Below are positions 62,801-64,000 of a DNA stretch of 64,000 bases, piece by piece. Each line of letters starts with the position of its first letter. Positions within the stretch are counted from its first letter, which is position 1. The notes below the pieces were generated by a model. That model saw only the letters and a program-made list of their open reading frames with translations, made no database searches and was not told the DNA's origin. A program made the translations under genes and the position numbers. This DNA comes from Rhina ancylostomus (lineage: Eukaryota). The stretch covers positions 35,989,176 to 36,053,175 of the forward strand of contig JARFYF010000001.1 in NCBI GenBank assembly GCA_030265395.1, written 5' to 3'.

Positions 62801-64000
62801 TGCATGGGGCCATTTTATATAAAAAATATTTTAGAACTATACATTTGCTGATTAAAAAATGTTTGACAAATATTGCACAAGTTTGGAGAAAAAGCTGGAT
62901 ATGTATATATAGGTGGCAGATGTTGACTGTAAATAACTGAAAATAATACATCAAATAAGGAAACACTGCTTAAAGGGCAAAACAGAAATTGCTGAAAATA
63001 CCCAACAGAATCTGTGGAGAAACAGAGTTCTTTCAGGTTGATGATCTTTTATAAGAAAGGTGATTATATCTTCTTGGACACCCGAAAGAATAATTTCAAA
63101 ATGGAATTGAGCAGTACACATGTGAAAATACGTTTCTGAAGATTGCAAGACAATAAGGACATTGAAATGTATAATCCTTGTTTCTGCATTTAGCAGTATG
63201 AATACAAAAGAATGTGTGATGTTAAATTGTGCACAAACTACATCAATTGTTGAGATAAGTCAACCTTTTCAATAGTGGGAAAATGGGGTTGATCTGGTAT
63301 GGAGTTTGAAAAGGTAAATTTGCCCAAATAGTTTGCTCTGTTAACCTCTTTGCAGAAATGAGATAATATAGAACCCATTATTAATTGGAAGAGATGAGGA
63401 GAGACAGAAATGTTAAGAAATTGATCAAAGTGTTGAGACGTGAGTAACAGTGTTCCCTTTAATACTGAAGAAGTGGAGTGCACCAAGGAGAGTAATTAGC
63501 CCTACATTGGGTTGAAATAATTACACCCTGTAAAAGTACAATATATTGTGCTGATGTTTCTTATTCATAAAATGCAATCATCTGGCACCTAACTGCATGA
63601 GAAGAAGTTTATTCACATCAGTGGTAAATACTATATGTTTTTAGGTGTTTGGGCAGACACTGGTGTAGCTTGAACTGCTTCAGTGTCATGCTTCTATATT
63701 TGGTACTTTATAACAACATATTTATAATTTAGTGCCACTTTATTGTCTCAGGAACTGAGACTACTGCAGAGAAATACAGGTAGCAAGAAAAAGAACCTCA
63801 CAGGACAAAATAGAAAAGCATAGAACATAAAAAACAAATGGAAAAAGATAACTTAACTGATGAATGCAACATTTAAGATAGCTCCTCAGGTGTGACAGAC
63901 CCCAGATGATGTATTCTTGTAAAACACTTAACAGTGTGAACAGTTCTTTTAAGTGCAGGAAGGATTCAGATGAATTGCTTTATTTGCTTAATTACTGAAT

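Noticed and set aside
41600-64000. A second protein-coding gene upstream of TANK
   Set aside because: No ORF with recognisable non-TE homology and no consistent exon chain; small exons or lncRNAs cannot be excluded.
1-64000. Prokaryotic systems (CRISPR arrays, operons), tRNA or rRNA genes
   Set aside because: The sequence is vertebrate intron/exon DNA; no regularly spaced repeat array or complete cloverleaf was seen.

Overview
AT-rich vertebrate genomic DNA from a gapped scaffold (about 18 N-runs). The repeats (CR1, Rex1-like and Penelope retroelements, V-SINE- and DeuSINE-like SINEs) point to a cartilaginous fish, probably a batoid; this is inferred. Positions ~779-40,800 on the minus strand hold most of the TANK gene (TBK1/IKKe adaptor). 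I reconstructed it by hand: a CpG-island promoter with tandem NF-kB sites, a first exon ending at 40717, and seven phase-compatible GT-AG coding exons (33511-33609, 33070-33154, 27705-27859, 9924-10094, 7646-7722, 4344-4459, 779-1437). The terminal zinc-finger exon lies left of the window. The rest is intronic or upstream intergenic DNA full of decayed, often nested retroelements. Main observations: (i) a dispersed Penelope-derived fold-back family carrying minimal hammerhead ribozyme motifs, with one fully intact copy in the sense strand of TANK intron 4; (ii) an extra 171-nt coiled-coil exon that I do not recall in mammalian TANK; (iii) an in-frame upstream ATG and recursive-splice-like exon starts; (iv) several well-resolved nested insertions and duplications. 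No database search was run; all family assignments come from recalled motifs.
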